DNA of 64,000 nt from an uncultured Thermoanaerobaculia bacterium (GCA_964423595.1 CAYRFI010000006.1:8458-72457); one strand, 5' to 3'. Counted from the stretch's first letter, positions 54,359 to 64,000 are shown. Numbers and translations are program-made. The notes: a model not told the origin generated them from the letters alone.

Positions 54359-55693
54359 TCAGCCGATCCCTAACTGACGCTTCAGCGCGCGGGGGTCGGC
54401 CTTACCCAGACGCTTCATGAGCTTACGCATCTGTCCGTATTGACGCAAGAGGCGATTGATTTCTTCAACACTGGTGCCTGAGCCTTTTGCGATCCTTTTT
54501 TTTCGTGAACCGTTGAGAACCTGCGGATGACGGCGCTCTTTGGGCGTCATAGAGTCGATACACGCCTCCATACGACGGAGCTGCCGCTCCTGCCCCTCAC
54601 CCATCCCGCCGTCGGGCATCATACTCTTCATGCCCGGCACCATCTCCATCACCGACTGTAACGGTCCCATTTTCTTGAGGCTCGTGAGCTGATCGCGTAG
54701 ATCTTCGAGATCGAACTTGTTCTTTTTGAGCTTTGCTTCGAGCCGGCGCGCCTTTTTCTCGTCGACCGCGTCCTGAGCCTTTTCCACCAGGGTCAAAACA
54801 TCACCCATGCCGAGGATGCGCCCCGCCATCCGGTCCGGGTGGAATTGCTCGAGGTTCTCGATCTGCTCGCCGACACCGGCATAGACGATCGGCTTTCCGA
54901 CCACCTCGCGCACCGACAGGGCGGCTCCGCCGCGGGCATCGCCATCAAGCTTGGTGAGGATGACGCCGGTGTTTTCGAGCCGCTCGTGGAACGCTCGAGC
55001 CGATCGAACGGCGTCCTGTCCGGTCATCGCATCAGCGACAAAGAGAATCTGACGGGGCTTCAAGATATTCTTGAGCCGAAGCAGCTGTTCCATCAGCTCC
55101 TCATCGATGTGTAGCCGCCCTGCGGTGTCGAAGATCAACACCTGATAGCCCTTGATCGAAGCTTCGCGAAGGGCCTGGCGAGCGATCGCTTCGGGATCAT
55201 CCATATCCCGGGTGTCGACCGTCGGGATCTTTGCCTTTTCGCCAAGGACCATCAATTGCTCACGGGCCGCGGGGCGCGAGGTGTCCGCAGGTACCAAAAT
55301 CGGGAAAAGACCCTTGCGATCCTTGATCCAGCGCGCCATTTTGGCGGCGGTGGTGGTCTTACCCGACCCTTGGAGCCCGACCAGCATGATGACCGATGGT
55401 CGTCCCTTGAAATCGAGCTCGGTCGTCTCCCCACCGAGCAGAGTGACCAATTCCTCGTGGACGATCTTAGTCACCATCTGTGCCGGCGTCACGGAGCTCA
55501 GAACCTCTTTACCCACCGCCCTGGCCCGCACCCGCTCGACGAAACCGGAAACCACCTCGACGCTGACATCCGCTTCGAGCAGAGCGAGCCTGATCTCTCG
55601 CAAAGCGGTATCGATGTGGTACTCGGTCAGGTGACCCTCACCTCTGAGGGTCTTGGTGACGCGAGCCAGACGTTCCTGTAGCCCTTCCAACAT
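54359..55693 (-). CDS. ffh: Signal recognition particle protein Ffh
   Basis: MLEGLQERLARVTKTLRG start, GLQGSGKTTTAAK, DTAGRL, TKLDGDARGG, and a Met-rich M-domain (MMPDGGMGEGQERQLRRMEACIDSMT). Confidence 0.95.
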   Translation of the reverse strand: MLEGLQERLARVTKTLRGEGHLTEYHIDTALREIRLALLEADVSVEVVSGFVERVRARAVGKEVLSSVTPAQMVTKIVHEELVTLLGGETTELDFKGRPSVIMLVGLQGSGKTTTAAKMARWIKDRKGLFPILVPADTSRPAAREQLMVLGEKAKIPTVDTRDMDDPEAIARQALREASIKGYQVLIFDTAGRLHIDEELMEQLLRLKNILKPRQILFVADAMTGQDAVRSARAFHERLENTGVILTKLDGDARGGAALSVREVVGKPIVYAGVGEQIENLEQFHPDRMAGRILGMGDVLTLVEKAQDAVDEKKARRLEAKLKKNKFDLEDLRDQLTSLKKMGPLQSVMEMVPGMKSMMPDGGMGEGQERQLRRMEACIDSMTPKERRHPQVLNGSRKKRIAKGSGTSVEEINRLLRQYGQMRKLMKRLGKADPRALKRQLGIG

Positions 55694-55800
55694 GGGAGCG
55701 GGAGTGTAAGCCAGCACCAGTCAGAGGTCAAGAGTCTATCAGCGGCAAGCGTTTGACTCGTATGACTTTGGCTCGCGCTCTAAGAACGATACAATAACCA

Positions 55801-56697
55801 GTGGAGATGGGCGCCAATCATCCAATTGTCCTCGAGCCGCGATGTCCGGCCCCGGAGGATCCAGGGATCCTGAATTTCATGCGCCTCGCGAAGGCGCTGA
55901 CTCGCGCAACCTGGGTGGAGCTCGAGCTGCGGCCGAGCGGCACCTCGCCTTCTCAGACCTATCGTTCCGGATCGGGCCCCGAAAAAGCCATCACCCTGGC
56001 CCTCGAGGCTGGAGTCGAATTCGACGCCTCGCTCCGCCTCGGAAAGGCGGCACACCCTGCGGACGATCTCATCACGCTGCTGTCAGACTCTCTCAGGCAA
56101 CACCTCGAGCTCCGCAATCTGTTGATCCAGAACGATCTTCTGAGCAGGGCTCTGGAAACCACATCGAGCTCGGTCCTTCTCTTCGACGACAACGGCGATA
56201 TCCTCTTCGCGAACCCTACCGCTGATTACCTTCTTTCCCGTCAGACTGAGGACGAGCTCCTGGGGAGCTGCAAAAATCGGCCGCGGCAACCTCTGTTCAC
56301 CCTGCTCAGCTCCCTCGTCGAGCGGGTCGCTTCGCAGGACGGCGCCGCATCACCATGGATCGGAGCCATCGAGCTCGAAAAAGGACGCATGATGGCGTGC
56401 GAGGTCACGGCCGTTCCGGCGCCAGCCTCCGACGGACCCAACGCGGTGCTGGTGACCCTTCAGCCGACCGAATCCGAGTCCGATACGCGAATTCAGGCAT
56501 TTTCATCGAGTCACAGTCTCAGCCGGCGCGAACAGGAGGTCCTTCGACTTCTGGGTAGGGGCCTCACCACGACGGCGATGGCCGACAAACTCGGCATCAG
56601 CCCGCACACGATTCGAGATCACCTCAAGAATCTGTATCGCAAAACCGGCACGAAGGGGCGCAACGAATTGCTGGGGTTGATTTCCAGGGCTTCGTAA
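55801..56697 (+). CDS. PAS-like sensor domain + LuxR-type HTH transcriptional regulator
   Basis: The central region LLSRALETTSSSVLLFDDNGDILFANPTADYLL is PAS-like. The C-terminal LSRREQEVLRLLGRGLTTTAMADKLGISPHTIRDHLKNLYRKTG is a LuxR/GerE HTH. Start is GTG 55801 or ATG 55807. Confidence 0.8.
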   Translation: MEMGANHPIVLEPRCPAPEDPGILNFMRLAKALTRATWVELELRPSGTSPSQTYRSGSGPEKAITLALEAGVEFDASLRLGKAAHPADDLITLLSDSLRQHLELRNLLIQNDLLSRALETTSSSVLLFDDNGDILFANPTADYLLSRQTEDELLGSCKNRPRQPLFTLLSSLVERVASQDGAASPWIGAIELEKGRMMACEVTAVPAPASDGPNAVLVTLQPTESESDTRIQAFSSSHSLSRREQEVLRLLGRGLTTTAMADKLGISPHTIRDHLKNLYRKTGTKGRNELLGLISRAS

Positions 56698-56789
56698 GAA
56701 GCAGTCAGCAATCAGCAATCAGCTTTCAGCTCCCCCACCCACCCCTGGCGCCTTGAATGCTGACGGCTGATAGCTGATAGATAAGAGCT
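56698..56789. repeat. H7 element, AGCAATC word type, core in C-rich orientation
   Basis: Arm GAAGCAGTC-AGCAATC-AGCAATC-AGCTTTC-AGC, core TCCCCCACCCACCCCTGG (56731-56748), and arm GCTGACG-GCTGATA-GCTGATA-GATAAGA. It starts 1 nt after the LuxR-type gene stop. Confidence 0.75.
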
Positions 56790-56828
56790 TTTACCTAAGA
56801 GGTATAATCAGATCTGGAGGTCCAAACC

Positions 56829-57590
56829 ATGGCTCGGTTACGCGTTCTAGGCTTGGTTACGGCGATGTTCCTGGTGGCGGCAGTGTTGGCCGCAGCCCAG
56901 GGGTACGTGGTGATTCTCAAGAGTGGGCACAAAGTCCGGTGCAAGGAGCCGCTGCGCATCGAAGGATCGAACGCGATTCTCACCCTCGCGACCGGAACTC
57001 TCGCCAGCTACCCGCTCCAGCTCGTGGATCTCGTGGAAACCGAACGGTACAACCAGCTCGGCCTCGGCAGCGCGCTCTTGATCGAGGAGCTCTCGGTCCA
57101 GGGAACGCCGATCCCGACCCCGACCCCGTTCACGTCCCTCGGGCAGGTCGCTTCAATCGACGCCGGAGGAGGTGGTGCACCATCTCTTGGGACCACCGTC
57201 GAGCCGACCCCTGCGCCGACACCGGGCATCAAGCTGCAGTCTGAGAAGTACCACGACGCTCGGGTCGACCAGGCATTTTCGAAGATCTTCGACGAGAAGG
57301 AACTCCTCATCTACACAACCAGCAGCGGCACGCAGCCCGACCACTTTTTCGTCCAGGCCACAACCGACTCGGAGAAAGAGGTCTTCGACGCTCTGGAGAT
57401 CGTGGCTGAAGCGTTCGTCCTGATCAACCAAATCCACCCGGAAATTGCACCGGCGGCAGTCGAGCTGAAAATGGTCCAGACCTCGGGCAAACCGGCCGGT
57501 ACCTTTCGCCTCACGCCTGAGCTCGCGAAGGAGCTAACTGACGGTGACACTCCGACCCAAACGTTCTACATCAAGTACGTGATCTTCTAG
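56829..57590 (+). CDS. Secreted protein of unknown function
   Basis: MARLRVLGLVTAMFLVAAVLAAAQG signal, a Pro/Thr linker (PIPTPTPF...EPTPAPTPG), and coding-type GC3 bias. No family recognised. Confidence 0.6.
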   Translation: MARLRVLGLVTAMFLVAAVLAAAQGYVVILKSGHKVRCKEPLRIEGSNAILTLATGTLASYPLQLVDLVETERYNQLGLGSALLIEELSVQGTPIPTPTPFTSLGQVASIDAGGGGAPSLGTTVEPTPAPTPGIKLQSEKYHDARVDQAFSKIFDEKELLIYTTSSGTQPDHFFVQATTDSEKEVFDALEIVAEAFVLINQIHPEIAPAAVELKMVQTSGKPAGTFRLTPELAKELTDGDTPTQTFYIKYVIF

Positions 57591-57685
57591 GGTGCCACGT
57601 TTCGCACTGTTGCATTACCAGCATCGCGTGTCCCGAGTGTTGATCGATACGGTAACGCAACAGTGCGAAACGTGGCACCTGTGAT
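57590..57685. repeat. P element, variant (CACTGTTGC stem)
   Basis: GGTGCCACGTTTCGCACTGTTGC / GCAACAGTGCGAAACGTGGCACC is a perfect 23-bp stem, extendable to 29 bp with 1 mismatch. The tail is TGTGATAACGG. It begins at the last base of the upstream stop codon. Confidence 0.7.
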
Positions 57686-57691
57686 AACGGC

Positions 57692-59008
57692 ATGAGTGAT
57701 ACGGATGTCGCCGTTGTTGGCGCTGGTCTCGCCGGTCTGACGGCGGCTCTCCGGCTCACCGAGGCGGGTCACCAGGTCAAGGTGTTCGAACGCTATCCAC
57801 GCCCCGGTGGACTTGCCCGCGTCATGGAGGTCGAGGGCGAACTCCTGGAAGCCTTCTATCACCACCTCTTTACCAGCGACACATCGTACGTCGCTCTCGC
57901 AGAGGAACTCGGAGTCGCCGGCCTCATCGACTGGCTCCCCTCGCGGATGGGAATTTGGACGGAAGGCAGGTCGTGGGACTTCGGAACCCCACAGTCGTTG
58001 CTCCGTTTCCGACCCCTTTCGCTGCTCGACAAGGCCCGTTTCGCGATCTCGACCCTGCTTCTCCAGCGCAGCAAAGACCCCACCCGGTTCGAGAACGTCA
58101 CCGCTTGCGACTGGATCCGCCGCCACCAGGGGGAGAGGGTGTGGCAGAAAGTTTGGGGACCGCTCTTCCATCAGAAGTTTGCCGAGGATGCTGAAAAGGT
58201 CGCGATGGTATGGTTGTGGGGAAAGCTCTGTCTGCGCGGAAAGTCGAGGTCAGCGTCCGGCATGGGCGAACGGCTCGGCTATATGCGGGGCTCGTTTGCC
58301 AAACTCGTCGAGGCGCTCGAAGGCCGGCTCAAAGACGGCGGCACCGAGCTGTTTCTGAGCGAAGCGGTACAGCGCATCGAGAGCGGCGAAGGCAACTTCA
58401 CGATCCATACCCGCGGTTCTTCATGGACCGCAAGCCGGGTCCTGGCCGCGGTTCCGGTGCCAGATTATCTCGAGATCGCAGGGCATCTCGTGTCTGATAA
58501 TGAACGGAGCAACCTCTCCGATCTCCGAGCAACCGGCGCTATCTGCACGATCCTGGAGCTCGAGCACTCACTGACCTCCTACTACTGGCTCAATATCGCT
58601 GACCCCAACATGCCCTTCGGCGGCCTCATTGAACACACCAACTACATCCCGAAGGAACGATACGGCGGTCGCCACCTCCTCTATATTTCGAACTACCTCT
58701 TCCCGGACCACCCACTGTTTCATGCGCCGAAGAAAGAGGTCGTTGCGACCTACCTCCCGGCCCTGGCTCGGGTCAACCCGGCGTTCGAACCCTCGTGGAT
58801 CCTGAAGAGCCACCATTTCAGGGCCGAGTACGCGCAACCGGTGGTACCTGTCGGCTATCGGAAACGGATTCCGCCGTTCCGCTCGAGCGTGCCTGGACTC
58901 TACCTCTGCACGATGGCGCAGATCTTTCCTGAAGACCGCGGCCAGAACTACGCGGTCGCCTATGGGGAGAAGGTCGCGAAGGCCATGCTCGGCGATATCG
59001 GAAAATGA
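57692..59008 (+). CDS. FAD/NAD(P)-dependent oxidoreductase (amine oxidase / phytoene-desaturase superfamily)
   Basis: The dinucleotide-binding start VAVVGAGLAGLTAALRLTEAGHQVKVFERYPRPGGLA and the overall length are typical of the CrtI/HemY-like superfamily. Confidence 0.85.
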   Translation: MSDTDVAVVGAGLAGLTAALRLTEAGHQVKVFERYPRPGGLARVMEVEGELLEAFYHHLFTSDTSYVALAEELGVAGLIDWLPSRMGIWTEGRSWDFGTPQSLLRFRPLSLLDKARFAISTLLLQRSKDPTRFENVTACDWIRRHQGERVWQKVWGPLFHQKFAEDAEKVAMVWLWGKLCLRGKSRSASGMGERLGYMRGSFAKLVEALEGRLKDGGTELFLSEAVQRIESGEGNFTIHTRGSSWTASRVLAAVPVPDYLEIAGHLVSDNERSNLSDLRATGAICTILELEHSLTSYYWLNIADPNMPFGGLIEHTNYIPKERYGGRHLLYISNYLFPDHPLFHAPKKEVVATYLPALARVNPAFEPSWILKSHHFRAEYAQPVVPVGYRKRIPPFRSSVPGLYLCTMAQIFPEDRGQNYAVAYGEKVAKAMLGDIGK

Positions 59009-59183
59009 TGTTCTCCTCGAATTTGTGCTCTCAATTTTCCAGCATCACCAATCGCGGAAGCGAAAACTGAGATCACAAATCTGAACAGAAGAATGCTCAC
59101 GTCGCGCGATCCGGACCGCCTATGGTGTACCATTGGGCCGCCCGCGGAAAATGGGCACGGATAGAGGTTGGAGGCAAAAATCT

Positions 59184-59510
59184 ATGGCAGGTCAAGCAGT
59201 GGAAATCACCGACGCGAACTTCGAAGATACGATCCTCAAGGCGGGCAAACCCGCTTTGGTTGATTTCTGGGCTGTGTGGTGTGGACCGTGTCGTGTTATC
59301 GGTCCTATTGTCGAAGAGCTTGCCGAAGAGTACGGCGACCGCGTAGTGGTGGGTAAGCTTGATGTGGACGCCAACCGAGACACCGCCGTCAAATACGGCA
59401 TTCAAGCCATCCCGACCCTGCTCCTCGTCAACAATGGCGAGATCGCCGATCGCATTGTAGGCGTCACCGACAAGACGAGCCTCACATCGAAGCTGGACAG
59501 CCTCCTATAA
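59184..59510 (+). CDS. trxA: Thioredoxin
   Basis: ALVDFWAVWCGPCRVIGPIVEELAEEY contains the WCGPC active site. It has IPTLLL and is 108 aa. The tracked upstream 17 codons are rejected. Confidence 0.95.
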   Translation: MAGQAVEITDANFEDTILKAGKPALVDFWAVWCGPCRVIGPIVEELAEEYGDRVVVGKLDVDANRDTAVKYGIQAIPTLLLVNNGEIADRIVGVTDKTSLTSKLDSLL

Positions 59511-59662
59511 CCAGTAGGCCTCTCCTTCGCTCCTGCGGCGCCGGTCAGAACACACGGTGGCGCCTTGACTCACCGGATGACCGGCCACAATTGGCGATGG
59601 TCAGGCCTTGGACTGAAAGATGAACCGACGCCATTACTCTGAGCGCTCCGAGGACTGAACCG

Positions 59663-61537
59663 TTGTTTTGCCAGTCCTGCGGCGCCGTCAACCCCTCCGA
59701 GCAAGAGGCGTGTCACCGATGCGGAAACAAGTTGCTGGTGGTCTCGGGCGTCGCTGAATCGACGGACGCCAGCGACGAGTTCTTCATCCAGGCCCAGGAG
59801 GACCTCGAGGAACATCTCCTCGAGCGCATCAGCGCTTTGGAAGACGGTGTGCGTCGGTTGTCGCAGGCGCTCGCGTCAACCGGCCAACACCTGGCGCAAA
59901 TCGAGCGCAACCTGACTGTCGCTCATGCCGGAATTCAGTCCCTCGGGGGGCTCCTGGAAACCGAGGGCATCGTCACACGCGCCGAGGTTGTCGACGGATG
60001 GGAAAGTGCTGCCGATCGAGAGCTGCTTTCCCGCGATTTGTTGCGCCGCTTCAAGGCCCATGCCGAACGCATACTTTCTCAGACTTCACACTCCGGCCAG
60101 GCTACTGACGAGTTTCGCGAAAAGCTCCGCGGCCTCGAGTTGGCCATCGTCGGACCGGATACCGGCGTTGTCCACGAGATGCTTACTGAGCTTGCAGCGA
60201 TAGCACCTGACAGCGATGAGCTGTGGTCCTTCATCGGTGAGGCGGCGTTCCAATCCGGCGAGCTTGAAACCGCCCGCATCGCTTTCCGAAGGGTCGTCGA
60301 GCTGCGAGGTCCCCAGTTCGAAGCGCTTGTCCACCTCGGAGCTGTGGCGTCGGACCTCGGCCGCTGGAGCGAGGCCGAAGACGCCCTCACGCGGGCTCGA
60401 GAGATGGCTCCCGACGCCTTCCTCCCCCACTTCACGCTCGGCGCCCTCAAGGTGATGTGTGGTGAGCACGGCGACGCGGTCGCCCATCTGGAGCAAAGCC
60501 TGACACTCGAAGAGACCCCCCAGAGTTTGTACCTTTTGGGTCTCAGCCGGCTCGAGCTCGGTCAGGTCGGGCGCGCAGTCACAGCTCTCAAACGCGCCAC
60601 CGAGCTGGCTCCCAATTTCGAGGACGCTCTCTATCACCTCGGCATCGCCTTTCTCAAACGCGGTTGGACCAACAAGGCCCTGGACGCTTTTCAACGTGTC
60701 CTCCGTCTCGACCCGCGACGCCTTCAGTACCAGGAAACCGTACGCCTTCTGAGTGGTGCTCCGCCTCATGATCTTCCTGATGACAGCGCACAGCTCGTCC
60801 GGCGCGCCGAGACGGCTCTCGAGGACGGGGCTCCAGAGAGGGCCCTCGATCTGTATCGGAAGGCTCTCGAGTCGGCGCCAGGCCAACCCGAGCTTCAGGC
60901 CACGGCAGCGCTTCTCGCCTCGGCCCTCGGCCGCATTCGTGAAGCCGTCACCTATGCCCACACGATTCTTCGCGAAAGGCCTCAGGGTTCGCCATACCAG
61001 GCGGCCGCGGTCGTGGCACTCCTGGAATCGCTACGGCACACGGGAAGGCTTCGTACGGCGCGCCGGATCGCGAACCGTCTGTGCGAGGACGAGGATATCG
61101 ATGAGCTGGCTCGCGGCATGTCGACCTACGAGCTTGCCCTGGTGGAGTCTGAGCTCGGCGAAAACCTCGCCGCAGCTCGTGATCTCGCCCGCGACGCGCT
61201 GGAGACTGCCCCCCGCGAGCTGCGCCACTATCCGCTCGCAGCGCTCGGCTCGATCGCCCTCAAAAGGGGGCGGTACCGTGAGGCGATGCAGTACCTCGAA
61301 CAGGCGTCACGGGCTGGCGGTTCGGAGCCACCGCTGTTGCGACAGCTTGCCCTCGCACGTCTCGGAACAGGAGAAGGCACCGGTGCCGAAGGGGTCCTTC
61401 GTGAAGCCAACGGAGGCCCGAAGGGTGGCATCGATCAGGAGTTGCTCGATCACGTACGCCGGCTCGGCGAGCTGATCGGTGATTTCAACCGGAATCATCG
61501 CCCGGCGCGGAACAACCGCGTCGGGAAACGGAGATGA
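59663..61537 (+). CDS. Zinc-ribbon + coiled-coil + TPR-repeat protein
   Basis: N-terminal CQSCGAVN...CHRCGNKL zinc ribbon, then TPR units (e.g. GELETARIAFRRVVELRGP, NFEDALYHLGIAFLKRGW). TTG start. The stop overlaps the proS start. Confidence 0.8.
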   Translation: MFCQSCGAVNPSEQEACHRCGNKLLVVSGVAESTDASDEFFIQAQEDLEEHLLERISALEDGVRRLSQALASTGQHLAQIERNLTVAHAGIQSLGGLLETEGIVTRAEVVDGWESAADRELLSRDLLRRFKAHAERILSQTSHSGQATDEFREKLRGLELAIVGPDTGVVHEMLTELAAIAPDSDELWSFIGEAAFQSGELETARIAFRRVVELRGPQFEALVHLGAVASDLGRWSEAEDALTRAREMAPDAFLPHFTLGALKVMCGEHGDAVAHLEQSLTLEETPQSLYLLGLSRLELGQVGRAVTALKRATELAPNFEDALYHLGIAFLKRGWTNKALDAFQRVLRLDPRRLQYQETVRLLSGAPPHDLPDDSAQLVRRAETALEDGAPERALDLYRKALESAPGQPELQATAALLASALGRIREAVTYAHTILRERPQGSPYQAAAVVALLESLRHTGRLRTARRIANRLCEDEDIDELARGMSTYELALVESELGENLAAARDLARDALETAPRELRHYPLAALGSIALKRGRYREAMQYLEQASRAGGSEPPLLRQLALARLGTGEGTGAEGVLREANGGPKGGIDQELLDHVRRLGELIGDFNRNHRPARNNRVGKRR

Positions 61538-63264
61538 ACATGCGCTGGACCCAGACGTTCATTTATACACTGCGCCAGGATCCTTCGGACGCCGAGGTCG
61601 TGTCACACCGATTGATGACGCGGGCCGGACTCATCTCGAAGGTCGCGGCGGGTATTTACAACTACCTGCCGCTCGGTTGGAGATCGCTGTCCAAGCTCCA
61701 GACGATCATCCGCGAAGAGATGGAACGGGCCGGATCCGCAGAGTTGGTCATGCCCGCCATCCAACCGGCAGAGCTGTGGCAGGAGTCCGGGCGATGGTTC
61801 GAATACGGGCCTGAGTTGCTGCGGATGAACGATCGCCACGAGCGAGATTTCTGCTTCGGCCCGACGCATGAGGAAGTGATCACCGACATGGTGCGGCGGA
61901 CGGTCACTTCATACCGCCAGCTGCCGGTCAACCTCTTCCAGATCCAAACCAAGTTTCGCGACGAGATAAGGCCCCGCTTCGGTCTCATGCGCGGGCGCGA
62001 GTTCGTCATGAAGGACGCCTACACCTTTCACGCCGATGCTGAGGATCTCGACAAGGCCTATCGCGCCATGGAACAGGCCTACTGCCGGATTTTCGAGCGT
62101 TGCGGTCTCGGCTATATCCCTGTCGAGGCCGACACCGGCAACATCGGCGGCTCCGAGTCGCACGAGTTCATGGTCCTCGCCGAAACCGGAGAAGACGCGA
62201 TCCTCTCGTGCCCCGCCTGCCATTACGGTGCCAACGTCGAGAAGGCGGAGGCGGGACCGGTCGCTGCGGCACCGGATTGGCCGCTCGATCGCAGTGACCG
62301 GCCCGAAACCGTCAACACCCCGGAGATGCGCACGGTCGAAGAGGTGGCCGAATTCCTGGGCATTGCGCCGGCCCACCTGATCAAAACCCTAATCTTCGAA
62401 ACCGAAAAGGAGTTCGTGGCGGTCCTGATCCGTGGCGACCTCGAGGTCAACGAGGTCAAACTCAAAAACGAGCTCGGCTGCACCCACCTCCAACTCGCTT
62501 CGGAGGCAAAGATCGAGGAGATCACAGGCGGTCCGCAGGGCTTCTCGGGGCCGGTCGGCCTCGAGGGCGTGCGGCTCATCTCCGACCCGTCCGTCATGGA
62601 TCTGGAGGTAGCGGCCACCGGCGCTAACGCCGCCGACGCACATCTCGTCGGCGTGGAGCCGGGCCGCGACTTCGAGCCGTCCGCGGTGGTGGAGATCCGG
62701 CTCGCCACGGCCGGCGATCCGTGTCCTTCGTGCGGCACGGATCTGATCGAAAAACGCGGCATCGAGGTCGGTCACATCTTCAAGCTTGGCACCAAGTACT
62801 CCGAAAAGATGGGCTGCCGCTTTCAGGACGCGGATGGCAACGATCAACCGATGATCATGGGTTGCTACGGTCTCGGGGTCGGCCGAACCGTGGCCGCCGC
62901 AGTCGAGCAGAACCACGATGAGAAGGGGATCGTCTGGCCATTGCCCCTGGCGCCGTACGAGGTGGTGTTGGTTGTCCTCAACGCCGACAAGCCGGCGGTG
63001 GTGGAGGTCGCCGAGAAGCTCTACGTCGAGCTCAAAGAGGCCGGTATCGACGTCCTCTTCGATGACCGCCCCGAGCGCCCGGGCGTCAAATTCAATGACA
63101 TGGATCTCATCGGATTCCCGGTGCGCGTGGTGCTCGGCGGGCGTGGCCTCGAGGCCGGCGAGGTCGAGCTCAGTTTGCGCCGCGACGGCGACAAGCGGCC
63201 GACACCGATTGCGGAGATGGTGCCGGCCGTTCAAGCCCTTCTCGAGAAGCTCCGAAGCGAGTAA
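61534..63264 (+). CDS. proS: Prolyl-tRNA synthetase (bacterial type with INS editing domain)
   Basis: SHRLMTRAGLISKVAAGIYNYLPLGW, FRDEIRPRFGLMRGREFVMKDAYTF (motif 2) and GCYGLGVGRTVAA (motif 3), plus a C-terminal anticodon-binding domain. Confidence 0.95.
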   Translation: MNMRWTQTFIYTLRQDPSDAEVVSHRLMTRAGLISKVAAGIYNYLPLGWRSLSKLQTIIREEMERAGSAELVMPAIQPAELWQESGRWFEYGPELLRMNDRHERDFCFGPTHEEVITDMVRRTVTSYRQLPVNLFQIQTKFRDEIRPRFGLMRGREFVMKDAYTFHADAEDLDKAYRAMEQAYCRIFERCGLGYIPVEADTGNIGGSESHEFMVLAETGEDAILSCPACHYGANVEKAEAGPVAAAPDWPLDRSDRPETVNTPEMRTVEEVAEFLGIAPAHLIKTLIFETEKEFVAVLIRGDLEVNEVKLKNELGCTHLQLASEAKIEEITGGPQGFSGPVGLEGVRLISDPSVMDLEVAATGANAADAHLVGVEPGRDFEPSAVVEIRLATAGDPCPSCGTDLIEKRGIEVGHIFKLGTKYSEKMGCRFQDADGNDQPMIMGCYGLGVGRTVAAAVEQNHDEKGIVWPLPLAPYEVVLVVLNADKPAVVEVAEKLYVELKEAGIDVLFDDRPERPGVKFNDMDLIGFPVRVVLGGRGLEAGEVELSLRRDGDKRPTPIAEMVPAVQALLEKLRSE

Positions 63265-63283
63265 GCACCTCCCGCTTCGGCAA

Positions 63284-63587
63284 CCCCAATGAGGAGCGTT
63301 TCTCGCTGCGACGAGTCAGGTGCCACTTGTCGCATTGTTACAAGAGCGCTCAGGACAGCAGGGTGACAACGACAATGCGACATGTGGCACCGGTGTCGTC
63401 GACGCGGCCATGCGCTTCTCATGGGGGTGTCCCAAGCCCCAATGCGCTCCTCATTGGGGGCAGCAGGGTGCCATCTTTTGCATTGTTCGGATTCATCGCC
63501 TCACAATCTGGTCACGCACTTCAGCCGAACAATGCGAGAGGTGGCTCCTGTGTCGTCGATGCGGCAAAGCGCTCCTCAAGAGGCCCC
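63284..63587. repeat. P elements, two tandem units showing the full three-helix architecture
   Basis: Unit 1: CCCCAATGAGGAGCG / GCTGCGACGAGTCA / GGTGCCACTTGTCGCATTGTT ... ACGACAATGCGACATGTGGCACC / GGTGTCGTCGACGC / GCGCTTCTCATGGGGG. Unit 2: GGGTGCCATCTTTTGCATTGTTCGG ... CCGAACAATGCGAGAGGTGGCTCC TGTGTCGTCGATGC...AAGCGCTCCTCA. Lies between the convergent proS and MidA-like genes. Confidence 0.8.
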
Positions 63588-64000
63588 TCAATCCAGCGAA
63601 AGCGCTTGGCTCGCGACCGCGATCATCTCCCCCTTCGCCTGCACGAGCATCTTGAAATCCGATCCCATCCCCTCCGGGTCGAGGAGGCGTTTGACCTCCT
63701 GGCGGGCGGAGACTGTAGCGGCATCGAGTTCGGCCTCGATGCCCATACCGCGATCCTCGAGCTCGTCAGCGAGGCCCGCCCGTACAAGGAACTCGGCCAG
63801 CGGCCACAGCCCGATCTCCCGCCATCCGGCGCCGCAAGCAGCACGCCGAAGGTCGTCCCAGTTGACGTGGGCCGTCAGGTCGATCTCCCCGGGTGATTGC
63901 AGGGAATCACGGCCGAGCTGGTGGCGACGGAAGGTCGCCAGTGACCCTCCCCTCCTCCCATGCGGATCGTAAAGCCTCCGCGTTTCGTAGCCGTAGTCGA
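63588..64000 (-). CDS. C-terminal part of a MidA/NDUFAF7-like (DUF185) SAM-dependent methyltransferase; 5' end beyond window
   Basis: Not in the ORF track because no start lies in the window. The minus-strand frame is open from the window edge (first complete codon at 63998) to TGA at 63588-63590. It reads DYGYETRRLYDPHG...GEIDLTAHVNWDDLRRAA...WPLAEFLVRAGL..., resembling the DYGY...DLTAHVDF...Q..FL end of the MidA family (from memory). Confidence 0.6.
   Translation of the reverse strand, partial: DYGYETRRLYDPHGRRGGSLATFRRHQLGRDSLQSPGEIDLTAHVNWDDLRRAACGAGWREIGLWPLAEFLVRAGLADELEDRGMGIEAELDAATVSARQEVKRLLDPEGMGSDFKMLVQAKGEMIAVASQALSLD

Overview
GC-rich chromosomal segment from a diderm (Gram-negative) bacterium. 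The phylum cannot be fixed from the sequence alone. I call about 56 protein genes and one tRNA; no rRNA, CRISPR array or recognisable transposase or integrase is present. Most content is housekeeping. It includes a duplicated RND efflux module (pump-adaptor-pump), argR-argG-argH, and a pseudopilin / HD-GYP operon. It also includes hbd, tsaC, a DegT aminotransferase divergent from ugd, mtaD and a tandem Usp. A conserved block runs TPR / LolB-like / ispE / spoVG / tRNA-Gln / prs / rplY / pth. Further genes are a DEAD-box helicase, a SulP-STAS-rhodanese transporter, queG, infC, nhaC-like, recO, birA, dsbD, ffh-rpsP-KH-rimM-trmD, trxA and proS. Four things stand out. (1) A minus-strand cluster at 46.9-50.0 kb holds two tandem type-II-anchored proteins carrying the full sialyl-motif set of eukaryotic GT29 (ST3Gal-like) sialyltransferases, preceded by a radical-SAM/SPASM enzyme. 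This is my top candidate for something undescribed. (2) A dense family of intergenic hairpin elements, here called H7, has arms built from tandem 7-nt words that differ between copies. These arms flank a conserved G-run core (GGGGTGGGCGGG-like) with G-quadruplex potential. (3) A second, sequence-conserved family, here called P, forms roughly 100-150-nt multi-helix palindromes (GGTGCCAC-N3-TCGCATTGT ... ACAATGCGA-N3-GTGGCACC-TGTGTCGTCGA). It occurs at six loci, including inside the rimM-trmD junction. (4) A four-helix-bundle (23S rRNA IVS / Avd-like) gene plus a 167-nt perfect-stem hairpin sits inside a split H7 element. All homology calls come from reading the translations; no database search was run.
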